From NCBI RefSeq assembly GCF_009914755.1, contig NC_060945.1: a stretch of DNA of 64,000 nt; one strand, given 5' to 3'. Positions 1 to 13,813 of this stretch are shown piece after piece. The position numbers and the translations under genes are program-made. Below the pieces are notes generated by a model, which did not search any database, was not told the origin of the DNA, and worked only from the letters and a program-made list of their open reading frames with translations. Numbering within the stretch: the stretch's first letter is position 1; each line of letters opens with the position of its first letter. The DNA comes from the human T2T-CHM13v2.0 reference genome, Homo sapiens.

Positions 1-252
1 TTGTGGTGCCCCCCAAACAATTACAATAATAACTCAAAGATCACTGAGCATAGATCACCATAAAGGAGAGAATAATAATGAAAGAGTTTGAAATATTGTG
101 AGAATTCCAAAATGTGACACAGAGACACACAGTGAGAAAAATGGTGCTGATAGACTTGCTCAATGCAGGGTTGCCACAAACCTTCAATTTGTAAAAAATG
201 CAGAGGCTATGACATGCAATAAAGCAAAATGCAACAAAACAAGGTATACCTG
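1..252 (-). mobile_element. Tigger1 DNA transposon, terminal fragment (continues off window)
   Basis: Reverse complement matches the Tigger1 terminus (CAGGYATACCTYGTTTT...TTTTACAAATTGAAGGTTTGTGGCAACCCTGC). The TIR ends at 252 and is followed by the TA target dinucleotide at 253-254. Confidence 0.9.
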
Positions 253-507
253 TATTTGCTTTTGGCCTTCTTTGCCTTGCCTCCAATTGAAAATTTGGAT
301 AATGACCTTGTCTTTCATGACTAGTTGACAGCAGGTATTGTGGACAACTCCCAGTGACTCAGTCCATCCTGATTAATTTAGACTTTGTTAACAATGGAAC
401 TGTGTAGGACTGGACTTGAGTTTATTCTCCATACTTTGGATTTGATGTTTTTTTTCATCCTCAGGGAGCCAGTTATCCTTCTGTGAGTATCTCTCAACTT
501 CACTTAC

Positions 508-614
508 TTTGGTGCGATCTAGGCCCTTCATCCAGGCTTCATCTCTTCAAAAGAGTTCCCAGCATGTTTTCCTGCTTATGAGTTATTCCAGTCACAAATT
601 CATCCAGCCGTCTC
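508..614 (-). other. Candidate non-coding exon (107 nt)
   Basis: Minus-strand acceptor ...cctgtttctatAG|GAGA and donor CAAA|GTAAGT; stops in all three frames. Splice signals only. Confidence 0.3.
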
Positions 615-2418
615 CTATAGAAACAGGTGTTCATAAAAATCAAATGCAGAGAGATGTCAAAGATAGAATACATTAAAAGAATATAAACTTACAGCTTATT
701 TTCAGAAGATTTACCTTAATGGGATGTTAAGCTTTGTTTAGGTATTTAAATAACTGGAGTAAAATTCAATGTTATGCAGACATTTATCATAAGAATATCA
801 ATAATCAAATTAAGTCCCTGAATAATAAGAGCTACATGCTCTTATTAAGTTAAATTATGGTCACTCATTCAATCTGTTTCCCCTCACCAACATGAAAATG
901 GGCTTTTCCTGTTTCATAGAAAACTGAACAATTTATTTCAGTCATTGATGGAGTAGGTCAGTGTTTATCTTCATGAGTTGATATTAAATATTCTCTAACT
1001 ATAAAAATTATTAGTGCTACTGTAGCAAAGAAGCATTCCAAGATAAAGAGAGGGAAAATCCCATAGCCAAATTGGAGTTAAAGTAGTAGGATACAGATAG
1101 TATCATGTGCCCAAAGTCAAGATATTCATTCATTCTGTGGATGCATCATATGAAAAAAGTCCAGGAAGGTAGTCCTGAAAGTTAGGGTCTTAGCCAAGGG
1201 GCAACCATGTTTCTTTTGTTTCTGACATTATATACATATAAGAGCACCTTTGGGTGAATATTTCACTATAATAAGTGTAATAATTATTAATTCTCAAGAC
1301 TGATTACAATGCAAGTATCATATTGAATCATTGTATGAATATAAAATATTTAAACCAAATAAAATATATTAGTCATACATTTAAAAATGTTAATCAAATG
1401 TATTTGCCTAGATTCTTTCAAATTGGAAAATTTTTATAATTAATAAACCACTTTAAGAATTGTAAAATACTGAAGCAGATGCTCATCACTCACTGTGGGT
1501 CCTGTCTGTGGAATGAAATGCAGTTCTTTCTGCTTTATTCCTGTTGGTGGTTTGTTTAGCTTTCTTCAAGAGGGAGACATAAAAAATAAGTGAACCACTG
1601 ACATATTGGAGTTACGACAGTTGCCTGTTTTGACCTTGACTTCCACTATAATATTAGGTAATTAGACTAAGAGGAGTCTTTTAAAATAACATACATCAAG
1701 CAACATGTGACTTGATATTGACAGGAAATGTTATCTCTTGTACCTATGAATAGGAAGTTATTTATAAGGAATAGGGTAAAAGGAGTCTTCATGTCCCCAA
1801 ACATCCTTCTGCAGTAGCCAACCATGGGATCTGAGATGCCGCTGTTGTAGATGCTTTCCCTGGGTGCTGATTTCACAGGTCTTGGTAACACCATGAAATG
1901 AAATAGCACCAAGGTTTAACTTGGAGGCACAGGTATTTCCAAATACCGGGAACTCAGAAATCTCATCTTATACTTTCTGTTATTCCTTATAACACCTAAC
2001 AACATGGTAGACTTGCAGTATATGCAATATTGAAAAAAATGTAACAATGAAACTCTTTACAGTCTTTGCAATTATCAAGACACTAAGAAGTTGACTATGT
2101 TATAAAAGAGAAAACCTTTTGACAAATTGTAAGAAAAAATAAAAGGGGTGTCTGCATTAGGTAAAATTCATTCACTTATCCATTTATCAGGCATTCGTTG
2201 AGCACATAACCGGTCCTCAAATAGCAAATATACAGTTGCACTACAAGGAGGATAGGTACTACCTTAGCAGTAGGCTTGTGCAAGGCTGACATTCAGGTGG
2301 TACTCACAGGAAAGCCTGTACTAAATGTTAAAATTAAAGTACCTCTTTACTGGTTGATAGTCACTGTTCCACATCCTCTAAATGACTCTTTGTTGCCCTG
2401 GCTTCTCTGAACCCTTCC

Positions 2419-4746
2419 TGATATGGTTTGACTGTGTCCCCACCCAATCTCATCTTGAATTGTAGTTCCCATAATCCCCACGTGTCATGGGAGGGACCAG
2501 GCGGAGATAATTAAATCATAGGGGCAGTTTTCCCCGTCTTATTCTTGTGATAGTAAGTGAGTTCTCACAAAATCTGACGGGTTTATAAGTGACTTTTCTT
2601 CCTTTTGCTTGGCACTTCTCCTTGCTGCTGTCATGTGAAGAAGAATGTGTTTGCTTCCCCTTCTGCCAGATTGTAAGTATCCTGAGGTCTCCCCAGTCCT
2701 GTGAAACTGTGAGTCAATTAAACCTCTTTCCTTTATAAATTACCCAGTCTCCAGTATGTATTTATTAGCATGAGAATGGACTAATACAGTAGATTGGTAC
2801 TGCAGAGAGTGGAGTGCTGCTGTAAAGATACCCAAAAATGTGGAAGTGAGTTTGAAACTGGGTATCAAGCAGGGGTTGGAACCATTTGGAGGGCTTGGAA
2901 GAAGACAGGAAAATGTGGGAAAGTTTGGAACTTTCTAGAGATTTAGAGGGCTCAGAAGACAGGAAGATTTGGGAAAGTTTAGAACTTCCTAGAGACTTGT
3001 TGAATAGCTTCGACCAAAATGCTGATAGTGATATGAACAATAAAGTCCAGGCTGAAGTTGTCTCAGATGGAGATGAGGAAATAGTTTGAAACTAGAGCAA
3101 AGGCGACTCTTATTATGCTTTAGCAAAGGGACTGGTGGCATTTTGCCCCTGACCTAGAGATCTGTGGAACTTTGAACTTGAGAGAGATAATTTAAGGTAT
3201 CTGGTGGAAGATATTTATAAGCAGTAAAGCATTCAAGAGGTGATAGAACATAAAAGTTTGGAAAATTTGCAGCCTAATGATGCAGTAGAAAAGAAAAACC
3301 CATTTTCTGGGGATAAATTCAAGCTGACTGCAGAAATTTGCATAAGTTACAAGAAGCCAAATGCTAACCACCAAGGCAATAAGGAAAATGTCTCCAGGGC
3401 ATGTCAGAGACCTTTGGGGAAGCCCCTGCATCACAGGCTGGAGGCCTAGGAGGGAAAAATGGTTTCCTGGGCTGGGCCCATGACCCCCAAGTTCTGTGCA
3501 GCCTTGGGACATGGTGCCTGGCATCACAGCTGCTTCAGTTCCAGCCCTGGCTAAAAGGTGCCAATGTACAGCTCAGGCCATGGTTTCAGAGGATGCAAGC
3601 CCCAAGGCTTGATGACTTACATGTGGTATTGAGCCTGTGGGTGCACAGAAGTCAAGAACTGAGGTTTGGGAACCTCTGCCTAGATTTCAGAGGATGTACA
3701 GAAATGCCCAGATGTCCAGGCAGAAGTCTGCTACAGGGGCAAATCCCTCATGGAGAATCTGCCAGGGCACTGCAGAAGGGAAATGTGGGGTAGGAACCTC
3801 CACACAGAGTCCCCACTGGGCCACTTCCTAGTGGAGATATGAGAAGACGTCATTGTCCTCCAGACCTCAGAATGGCAGATCCACAGACCGCTTGCACCAT
3901 GCATGTGGAAAAGCTGCAGACACTCAAAGCCAGCCCATGAAAGCAGCCAGGATGGGGGTTGTACCTTGCAAAGCCACAGGAGTGGCACTGCCCAAGGCCA
4001 TGGGAGCCCACCTCTTGCATCTGCATGACTTGGATGTGAGACATGGATTCAAACAAGATCATTTTGAAACTTTAAGATTTATTGACTGCCCTATTGGATT
4101 TTGGACTTGCAAGGGGCCTGTAGCCCCTTTGTTTTGGCCATTTTCTCCATTTTGAACAGGTATATTTACCCAATGCCTGTACCTAGGAAGTAATTAACTT
4201 GTTTTTGATTTTACAGGCTCTTAGGAGGAAGGGACTTGCCTTGTCTCAGATGAGACTTTTGACTTGGACTTTTGGGTTAATGCTTCAATGAGTTAAGACT
4301 TTAGGGGACTGTTGAGAAGGCATGGTTGTGTTTTGAAATGTGAGGACATGAGATTTATGAGGGGCCAGGGGTGGAATGATATGATTTGGGTATGTCCCCA
4401 CACAAATCTCATTTTGAATTGTAGTTTCCATAATCCCCACATGTTGTAGGAGGGACCAGGTAGAAATAATTAAATTATGGGGGTGGCTTCCTTCATCCTG
4501 TTCTCATGACAGTGAGTTCTCACGAGATCTGATGGTGTTATAAGGAGCTTTACCTCCTTTCCTTGGCACTTCTCCTTGCTGTCACCATGTGAAGAAGGAT
4601 GTGTTTGCTTCCCCTTCTGCCATGATTGTAAGTTTTCTGAGGCCTCCCCAGCTCTCTGGAACTGTGAGTCAAGTAAACCTCTTTCCTTTGTAAATTACGT
4701 AGTCTCAGGTATGTCTTTATTAGCAGCATGAGAATGGACTAATACA
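2419..4746 (+). mobile_element. Full-length THE1C-type MaLR provirus (5' LTR 2419-2788, internal 2789-4376, 3' LTR 4377-4746)
   Basis: Both LTRs begin TGATATG and end TAATACA, about 370 bp each. THE1 internal sequence with a polypurine tract before the 3' LTR. Perfect 5-bp TSD CTTCC (2414-2418, 4747-4751). Confidence 0.95.
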
Positions 4747-5114
4747 CTTCCTTAGGATTCCCTGTGCTTCATTTTGGTCCAGTAATTAAGATTTGACATC
4801 TAGTACACTACTCCAACCCCAGCACAATTCTGATTGGTTGGTACCAACCTGTTCTTAATTATTTTAAATATTATTACCCCTTTGTACCTGCTGGAAGAGC
4901 AGTGGTTCTCAAGCTTCTGTTACTCTTTAGGATCAAAACAGCTGACTGAGTTCACCCAAGAACTCTCAAATTATAACCCTCCAGGTGGGGTCTGCAGGCT
5001 GGTTAAGAATAGTTGTGTTAGAGGAACATAGCTGAAGGGTATGGCCTGTTACTTGGAAAGGGACTCACCAGTTACATAATGAGACCTTTGTCTGGGGAAG
5101 GAGCAACTCTAAGC

Positions 5115-5309
5115 CAGTGGGTCTCAATCTTGGCTGCCCATTGGAATGAATAATAAGGAAAAAAACCCCAATACCAGGATGTTATTCCAGAGATTCCAGT
5201 TTAATTGGACTGGAGTGTGGCCTGGGCACTGAGTTGTTCTTTTTTTTTTTTTTTTTTTTTTAAACACTTCCCATCCATTTTTATGTGCAGCCAAAGTCGA
5301 GACCCACTG
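5115..5309 (+). mobile_element. MER5B (hAT-Charlie MITE) with internal poly-T
   Basis: CAGTGG..CTCAA / ..GAGACCCACTG TIRs and MER5B-like internal sequence; 8-bp TSD CTCTAAGC / CTTTAAGC. Confidence 0.8.
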
Positions 5310-5363
5310 CTTTAAGCAGAGAATAAAGCAAGTTAGAACATCTAGCCTTGAAAGTATGTATAA

Positions 5364-5591
5364 ATGGACACAGGAAGGGGAACATCACACTCTGGGGACT
5401 GTTGTGGGGTTGGGGGAGGGATAGCATTGGGAGATATACCTAATGCTAGATGACGAGTTAGTGGGTGCAGCGCACCAGCATGGCACATGTATACATATGT
5501 AATTAACCTGCACATTGTGCACATGTACCCTAAAACTTAAAGTATAATAATAAAAAATAAAATAAAATAAAATATAAACTTTAAAAAAAAA
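5364..5591 (+). mobile_element. 5'-truncated young L1 (L1PA2-like) 3' UTR plus A-rich tail
   Basis: GATGACGAGTTAGTGGGTGCAGCGCACC diagnostic (GAG, not the Ta ACA), CACATTGTGC, and a perfect 14-bp TSD GAAAGTATGTATAA (5350-5363, 5592-5605). Confidence 0.92.
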
Positions 5592-6191
5592 GAAAGTATG
5601 TATAAGTGGCTTGGAAATAGAAGAAAAAGGATATATTGATAACATGTGTGTGTGTGAGACAGAGAGCAAGAGACAGGGAAAGAGCATGTAAATTAAATTA
5701 ACTAAATAAAGGGATATAGTATAAAAGGACTCAAAGACAGATTTTCTTAAGGTTTTCCTAGATCCTAGTAATTGCATTATTATCATTTGGTTTTCTTTAG
5801 TGTGTCTCCCAGTGATTGACAGATTGGGCAATTCTGATCATAAGGATTCTGGTCTCTAAGTGTCCAGAATGTATAGAGCATTATAAAAACAGCTTAGCTT
5901 ACTAATTGCAGCTTCCTTCCCTCTTTGCAGCTTCTTTTCCTAACTCTGCACTGCAGGCCCAGTATATTTTGTAACCCCCCCAAATCTCATTTGCGGCCAG
6001 AATTGTGACATCAACTCTTTTTTTTCTGGTGTGGTTTGGAATTAAATCATGGTGAGAACTAATTTCAGAACCCTCGGGCGAGTCATGGCTGTTTGAGCAA
6101 CTCTTAACTTTGCAGCTTTCATAAGTGCTCATTGTCTAAATGTATGCCCATTTCTTGGAACTGAGCTTCTATTTTGAATCTAACTTTGTAT

Positions 6192-6734
6192 TGTCAATAC
6201 CCTCTAGGCAAATACCACCAGGAACACACCTATAATCAAACAAATTGAGTTTATGATTTGTTGCAGAAGGAGAACATATACTGTAGGAAACTATGGGGTG
6301 TCTAAGAGAGCGGGTGTTAGAAAGACCTTCTTACAGGATTTGGGCTTTGGTTGAGTGATGTCAGAGAGGGTCCACAAAGCAGGTGTTCACTCTCGATTGA
6401 ACGCTGTCAGAAAGTGGGGGCAATTCTATAATTGGGTATCTTAATATATCTTATTTATAGAGATGGTAGATTAATTATAAAGTAGCAGTCACACATTTTG
6501 GCTAAGAGACAAAATATCTGGCATTTTGTGGGTAGCATAGTGACCTTGGTTTTATCTTTCCTTGGATAAAATTATGAAGTGGACTTGTTTTACCTCACTT
6601 TATCATGGTCTCAGAGTAAACTCGTTTGACGTTGGCATTCTGTGAGATTGTTTAACAGGAGAATAACTTGACATAACTGTGTGTGCTACACCAGCTTCTG
6701 GGGGCCAGGGCTGCCTTTCCCCTACTACTTCTCA
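6192..6734 (-). mobile_element. Old solo LTR (ERVL, MER76-like; family uncertain)
   Basis: TG...CA bounded ~540 bp resembling the remembered MER76-type sequence (GATTGRAYGCTGTCAGRAAGYGGGGG.AATTCTAT.ATTGGGTATCTTAAT). Confidence 0.4.
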
Positions 6735-6746
6735 GTAGTGTGCATG

Positions 6747-7041
6747 TTTTTGTTTTTTTTGACAAGGTTTCACTGTCATCCAGGCTGGAGTGCAGTGGTG
6801 CGATCACAGTTCACTGCAGCCTTGACTTCTTGGGTTCAGGTGATTCTGCCACCTCAGCTTCCTGAGTAGCTGGGATTACAGGCATGCACCACCATACCCA
6901 GCTAATTTTTTTGTAGTTTTCGTAGAGATGGGGTTTTGCCATGTTGCCCAGGGCTAGTTTCAAACCCCTGGGCTCAAGTGATCTGCCCACTTTGGCTTCC
7001 CAAAATGTTGGGATTACATGCCTGAACCACTGTCCCCAGCC
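6747..7041 (-). mobile_element. AluJ (Jo-like)
   Basis: Dimeric Alu, antisense, with J diagnostics (CACTGCAGCCTTGAC, GGGCTCAAGTGATC); degenerate TSD TGCATG. Confidence 0.9.
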
Positions 7042-7087
7042 CTGCATGGTTATACTGCCCAAAATCCCAGTTTCTTTCTAAAACTAG

Positions 7088-7567
7088 TGTTACAGCTCTT
7101 TTACTCCCATGGTTAGACAAGTTCTGAGTTCTTGTCCCACAACTGAGAAGAATGAGGTACACAGACATCAGAAAGTGAGTAAGGCAGAATAGAATTTATT
7201 GAGCAACAGAAACACTCTTGACAGTGAGAGGGGACCCAAAGGTGTGTTGCTAGCCATGAGGCTAAGTCTAGGGATTTTTATGGGCTTGAAATGGGGAAGT
7301 GCATGCTGGTTGGTCTATGAGTATGTTTGAAAAAGCACCATTCAGAAATAGGCACAATAGTGTAGATGACCTTTTGGGGAAGGGTATGTCTACATAAAAT
7401 AGGTGAAGGAAAAGGACCAATTTGGAGAGAGCATGCCAAATGGAAATGGGAGCTCTCGATCTGGTTCGTGGATTTACACTTTGGTTTTCAGGCTTTAGAT
7501 TGTCCTTGGCTTGAAGGTTGAGTTTCACTGGGGACCCATCCCTTTTTGCCTAGGAATTTACCTGCCA
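7088..7567 (-). mobile_element. ERV1-class solo LTR (MER52/LTR27/LTR28 group)
   Basis: Starts TGTTAC; contains TTTATT (antisense polyA signal), GGAAGTGCATGCTG.TTGGTC.ATG, GAAAAAGCACCAT and GCTTGAAGGT motifs typical of this group. Confidence 0.6.
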
Positions 7568-7839
7568 TGGTGATGGTGGTTCTGTAGCCACTGCAGAGGA
7601 TGGGATAAAGTTCTGAAGGCCTAAAAGCTGACCTCACACTGCAGCCTGCCACTTTGGTTCTATCTTGTCAAGCTTCCTTCCCAATAACTGAATGGGTCCC
7701 ACTGTTACCAACTCTTGCTTCCGTTGAACTTGTTCTGACAACCTTACTGAACAAGCCAATGATTCTGCTGGCCCAGCTTGTTCAACTCTGGTAGTTGCAT
7801 GAAGCTAGTTATGGTGACCAGAATTTCTCTTCTTTTCAG

Positions 7840-7898
7840 CACATCACCACCTTCTGCTAGCTATGCAATGCTCTCCATCCTACAGGACTCACATCCAG
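7840..7898 (+). other. Candidate exon (59 nt)
   Basis: Acceptor tttctcttcttttCAG| and consensus donor CAG|GTGAGT in non-repeat DNA. Confidence 0.35.
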
Positions 7899-7925
7899 GT
7901 GAGTTTGTGTGAGAAGAAACACTTA

Positions 7926-8223
7926 TTTTATTTTATTTTTTGGGACAGAGTTTCACTCTTGTCACCCAGGCTATAGTGCAATGGTGCAATTTCAGCTCAC
8001 TGCAACCTCTGCCTCCCAGGTTCAAGTGATTCTCCTGCCTCAGCCTCCTGAGTAGCTGGGATTACAGGTGTGCACCACCATACCTGGCTAGTTTTTGTAT
8101 TTTAGTAGAGACGAGGTTTGACCATGTTGGCCAGGTTGGTCTCGAACTCCTGACTTCAGATGATGTGCCCAACTTGGCCTCCCGAAGTGCTGGGATTACA
8201 GGCATGAGCCACTGTGCCTGGCC
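7926..8223 (-). mobile_element. AluS (Sq/Sp-like)
   Basis: Full Alu antisense; TSD GAAACACTTA (7916-7925, 8225-8234). Confidence 0.93.
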
Positions 8224-8430
8224 TGAAACACTTACACTGAGTCAAATTTGTCTCTTTAAACCTCTCTTCTAACTTTGTTCTGTTTCTGCATGACAGCCCT
8301 TTAGAATTTTTATTGATTACATGTTTGCTGAATGAATACATCGTCTCCAAAATACCAGCATTTAGTAATATGTAGCCTTTTCTTTTGTTTAGGAAGCTTG
8401 GAATATTAAAAACAAATGTGAAATATATGA

Positions 8431-8813
<383 letters not shown>

Positions 8814-11800
8814 CATGGTAGACACACTTTCAATGAAAAATGAGAAACAAAGGGAGTCATAGGCATTTACAGTTGCCTAATCTTTCTAACTCAACTTCCT
8901 GCTTGAAAAAAAATTTCCTGTGACTCTCTGACATAATTACACAGTCACCCAGGAATGCTGGATGGTCACATCATAGGGAATATTAAACAGAAAAACAATA
9001 ATAAAAAGAATGTGTATAACAGGAAGAAAGAAGGCAATATTAGAAGCATCCCTGCAAAGAACAGATGCAAAGATTTTTCCATTGTTGTGGAAAGGAACTT
9101 GAAATGCAAAGACAAGGCCAAATGACTCGCTCAAGGTCACCTGGGACCTCAGGGCAGAATGAAAGAGTAGATTATTGTCATGCTGTATCCACCAGACCAT
9201 GATGTCTCAGTAGCAATGTACCTGCAGGCTAAAGTCACATGTCACATAGTTAGCACACTGCTCCCTGCCAGACTTGAAGATAGCAGAATCACTGTTTTAG
9301 GAGAAAGATTTAAAGCTGTCATTAATGAATCCAAGTAGCTGTTTTTGTAAGTACATAAATATCTCTAGTATGGAGAGGCAGAATTAAGTCTTGATAGCCA
9401 CCTCACAAATGTTGACTATAAATGTTTGGTTAGTGACAAGTCTAGCTAAAAAGGAAATAGAATATTTATGAACTGTCATGAAAAGGAATCTCTGCAAGGC
9501 TCACATTTAGACAACAGTGCAATGAAGGCAATCTTATGAGTTATTCAAGAGAATCGTCTTGGGAACTGGCTCTATGGTAATTCTGAGAATTACCTATATA
9601 AATAAAGTCAAATTGGGAAGGTGGGCCGTTCTGTTTTTACATAGAAAAAATCATTTGAGTTTCTAGGACACTGTCTAAGATGTACTAAAATGGAGATTAT
9701 CACTTGCTTATTTTCTTGAAAAACCATTAACATAGTACAATACAACAGAAGAGTAGTGGCCAATAGATTCCAAACCAGAAGGAATGTTTATGGAAGCACA
9801 CACACACACAAAAAGACTCCACAACTTACTTACATTACTTTTATAATATTCCTAATTATTATAGTGGTTTGAAAGAGGTCAAATGTTACATCTAAATATA
9901 AAAGATTAGACTTATAAATGACAAGATTGTACTGACCCCAATATTCTATAGGGTTGAAAACAAAATACAATTGACCTTCATGATACACCTGATATAATGC
10001 AGGTCTTTGTTGTACATCAGATTACATTCTGCCTGTCTTGAAATAATAATGGCATTCTTTATGAAGCCATTTGATTAACTAGAATCATGAGCTTTGCAGG
10101 AGGAAATGAATAGTGGCAAGAATGACTTGCTTTCTGAGTAAACATAGCCTAGGGAAATGTTTTCCTGGGAGAGCACTCTCCATTCTCCACCTCCCCTGGT
10201 GTGTCCTCTGACTAAGTAGTTCTTCCCGTACTGCATCGCTGCCCAGAATATTCTGAAGACAGCCTCCCACCCCACCCCACCTCATCATGCTCTTCCAGGA
10301 CAGCTACAGGAAGAAAAGGAGATAACAGAATCTAATGATGTCCCATAAGATCTCCAGTCAAGGTGTGAACATGAAGCTCCAGTGAGTAATGTGGTGTCTC
10401 ACATCTATAAATGCCTTATGTGTGACTGATGCATTCTTGAGACATGTCCAGGACAAGTAGAATTAAGTCTTGATGGCTGCCTCTGATGATCACACCCTCA
10501 TCAGCAGTCTGATCTATGCTTTGTTTGCAAACCCGGACCTTGTTGTGGCCTGCAACTCCCCACAGGCTCTCTCCCCAGCTGTCAAGCCTCTTCTAAAACA
10601 CACTTCCCCTTTAGAGAGGGCCGTCTTCACTCATGTTAGAACCTGACACTCCGAGAGACTTTCCTCTCACCAGCTGGTTTTGACTGTGGCAGAAATGTTG
10701 TTGACATAGCAGATGGTCTTGATATTTCTGAAAACCGGCAACATCTTTGCCATGGCCACCCCCACACTCTTGGCTACTGTTTCTCCTTCAAGTAGTTTGG
10801 GTCATTTTTAGCAAACCTGTATGTTCCAATATTTTTTCTTAAATATCAGAACAGGGAACAGTGTAAGACAAAAGTCTCCTAAAATATAGACCAAGGCAGA
10901 ATATGAGGGCTGTTTTGCAGAAAACCCAAAAGCTGAAATAAATTCTATTTTTAATCAGATTCTTTGATGAATTAGAATGAGCAAAAAGTGAGCAGATTTT
11001 AAATATTTGTGGTCTGAAATATCAGGCAGTAAGGTATGGCTAATGGATTGTGCTATAAGAAGTAGAGTCTGATATTCATGATGTTTGAAAGCCTCTTAAA
11101 ACAATATACCAGTGAGTAATGTTTATCCTTATTGAACACAAGGTGACTTGAGAGAAGGGTAAGTGCAACTGGATTAGAGATTATTACTTAGTAGTAACTC
11201 TAGAGCCAAAGCAAATCTAAGACACCGTAACAATGTGATGACCTGGGACCCAATCCAGTCATCCTGAAAAATTAAAAGCAGACTGATTTATTATTTCCTT
11301 GCTTGCTCCTTGCAGGCAGGCACTCTGAACACTCTCTTAAACTCACTAGATAATGGTATAAACAGCTCTGCTTCATTTCGGAGATATCTGTACAATTTTA
11401 GAAAATGCTTATTCTCCTGGAAAGGACTTTCACACAGATGGGAAGTAGGCATGAGCACTGCAGGCCCTGCCAGGTTCAGTCAGCTTCTTGAGTCAACATC
11501 ACTATCCAGGCCTGTAGCACTCATGATTGAGAGTGTCATTTGGATTGGCTAACAAAGGACAGTTGAGAACTCTGCCTCCAAAATGTCACAGTTAAAACAC
11601 AGCTTACTAGATACAAATCCTGCCTTCTCATGGTAATATCAATGATCCGTACAGCAGTGAAATGTGGAGCTAATTGATTCCTTTGAATGCCAAAAGCAGG
11701 GTCCTAAGGATAAGAACGCAGTGGAGTCATATGGATGGATGGGGTATATAAAAAGGATGGGAGGAATTTGTGGAAGTGTAAACGTGGCATGTCCCATGTA

Positions 11801-12679
11801 AGGCAAGCTGAATGAGGAAAACCAATTTGGGTGTCAGGTGTATGGTGGGGTGGGATGGCAAGAAGACTCACGCATGGCACAAGACAGCAGAGAGGGTAAT
11901 GGGTAATGCAGGGATTGTCATGAGAAGCTAGGGGTGGAGAAGCACTGGGTATATGATGTGTTATAATTTCTAGTTCCTTCCTGTTTTGTTGATTACATTA
12001 GTAGTGTCTCCAAAGGAACACAATGCTTGAAATAAAAGATTCTTTTCATAATGGAAAATGACTTACTTATAAAAAATATTCTGTAAACCCTACCATCAAT
12101 CTGGCTTATCTCCAAGCACAGAAAAGCAAGATAATTAAGAGAACTGAGACAATGTGAAAAACAGTTAACGACTAGATGAAACGGACACCAAACCAATCAG
12201 AAGAGACGTAGAGCTAGATTCTTTGCTAGATCATTGGGAGGTCAGGAGGACCCAGCAGTGGTATGGGAGGGGATTTGGGATAATTCTAAGGGTACCAAAG
12301 CATTTCAGTATTTTAATACACAGTCACACCAGCTAAATACAAGCCCTGAAGGTAACCAACATTTCTTATAAGTCATGTCTTATAATAGAAATATTTAATA
12401 AAGTTTTTAGAGCCAAGGAAAGAGCCATATCTGAGACCCTTCTCACTTGTTAAAGGCTCCTTACTCATTATCAACCTACATCTGTCAACCAAATGAAACA
12501 AAGTATAAAATAAGAATCCTCCTACATCTTTTCTCGTTAATGGAAGACAGTAGCTTCAAGGAAAAAGTAAAGATTCAGCAAAGGGTTTAAATACAGGCCA
12601 CATTTAACATAGGTCCAGTTGATTTGATCCTTTCAGATCAGCCTCTGAATTCTTGTTGTTCACCAGTAAATACATATTT

Positions 12680-13057
12680 TGTGTTAGTCCATTTTCATAC
12701 TACTATAAAGAAATACCTGAGACTGGGTAATTTATAAAGGAAAGAGGTTTGATTGACTCACAGTTCCACATGGCTGGGGAGGTCTCAGGAAACTTACAAT
12801 CATGGCAGAAGGAAAACGAGAAACAGACATCTTCTGCACAGGGCAGCAAAGTGGAGGTAGTACAAGCAAGGGAAATACCAGACACTTATAAAACCATCAG
12901 ATCTCGTGAAACTCACTCATTATCTCAAGAACAGCATGGGGGAAACTGCCCTCATGATCCAATTACCTCCACCTGGTCCCGCCCTTGGCACATGGGGATT
13001 ATGGGATTTACAATTCAAGGTGAGATTTAGGTGGGGACACAGAGCCAAACCATATTA
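12680..13057 (-). mobile_element. THE1D solo LTR
   Basis: Antisense THE1 LTR ending ACACAGAGCCAAACCATAT(T)A; TSD TATTT/TATTC. Confidence 0.9.
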
Positions 13058-13743
13058 TATTCAGAACAGATGTTGAGCCCAGCTGTGGGAGCAGTAATGG
13101 CCTGTGAGCCAGATTGTTACTTGGAACTTTAGGACCCTTGACGGGTTTGAGAATAGTGCCAATTCTTCTAGGATGTGTTTGGGTTTCAAAGCATTTTGAA
13201 AATATTTGGTAGACATGTGCAAACATACCAAATGTGTAATTGTCCCTGAAAGCAGGCATCTAATTGACTATTTAGTGACAACATAACATGGGCCTCATTT
13301 CTTAAGAAACAGTAGGTGGTCAAAATTTTAGGAGAATATACTCCACAGAAACTCATGTAGCGTAGCTCAGTGATATGCCTATGAATCTTGAATATTAATT
13401 TTTCTTTCCTCATGAAAAATGCATCTATCCATATACGTATAAATATTTTTTCTTTTTTAAGCAAAATACTTAGTCAACTTGTAAAAGAATAAAGAATTCT
13501 ATATAAAAGTTTTAAAAATTGCTTTAGAACAACGTCAGTTGGAAAAAAATTCATAATTTTTCATAAATACATTTTCTTTGTATTTAAAGCAAAATATTTA
13601 ACAAAGTATGCCACATATGAAAAATGTGTATGAAGAGGTCGGGTTAGTCTCAAAGTAATCTGATGGTAAATCATGCCTATCAGAGGTAGATTCCAATATC
13701 AGAAAAAACTGTTTTCTAGGCTTTTTATGCTTCTATTTCACAG

Positions 13744-13813
13744 ACATCCCACCTGAGTTCTAAATTTATTTCTCAAAGAAGCCAAGCTCCTGAGAGAGAA
13801 ATGATACTGTAAG
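13744..13813 (+). other. Candidate exon (70 nt)
   Basis: Acceptor ctttttatgcttctatttcaCAG| and donor AAG|GTAAGA in unique sequence. Confidence 0.33.

Noticed and set aside
2765-4155. Cluster of 64-130 aa ORFs
   Set aside because: Fragments of the decayed THE1 internal region, broken by stops and frameshifts; not a host gene.
5385-5831. 148-aa minus-strand ORF
   Set aside because: Runs antisense through an L1 3' UTR and its A-rich tail; low complexity.
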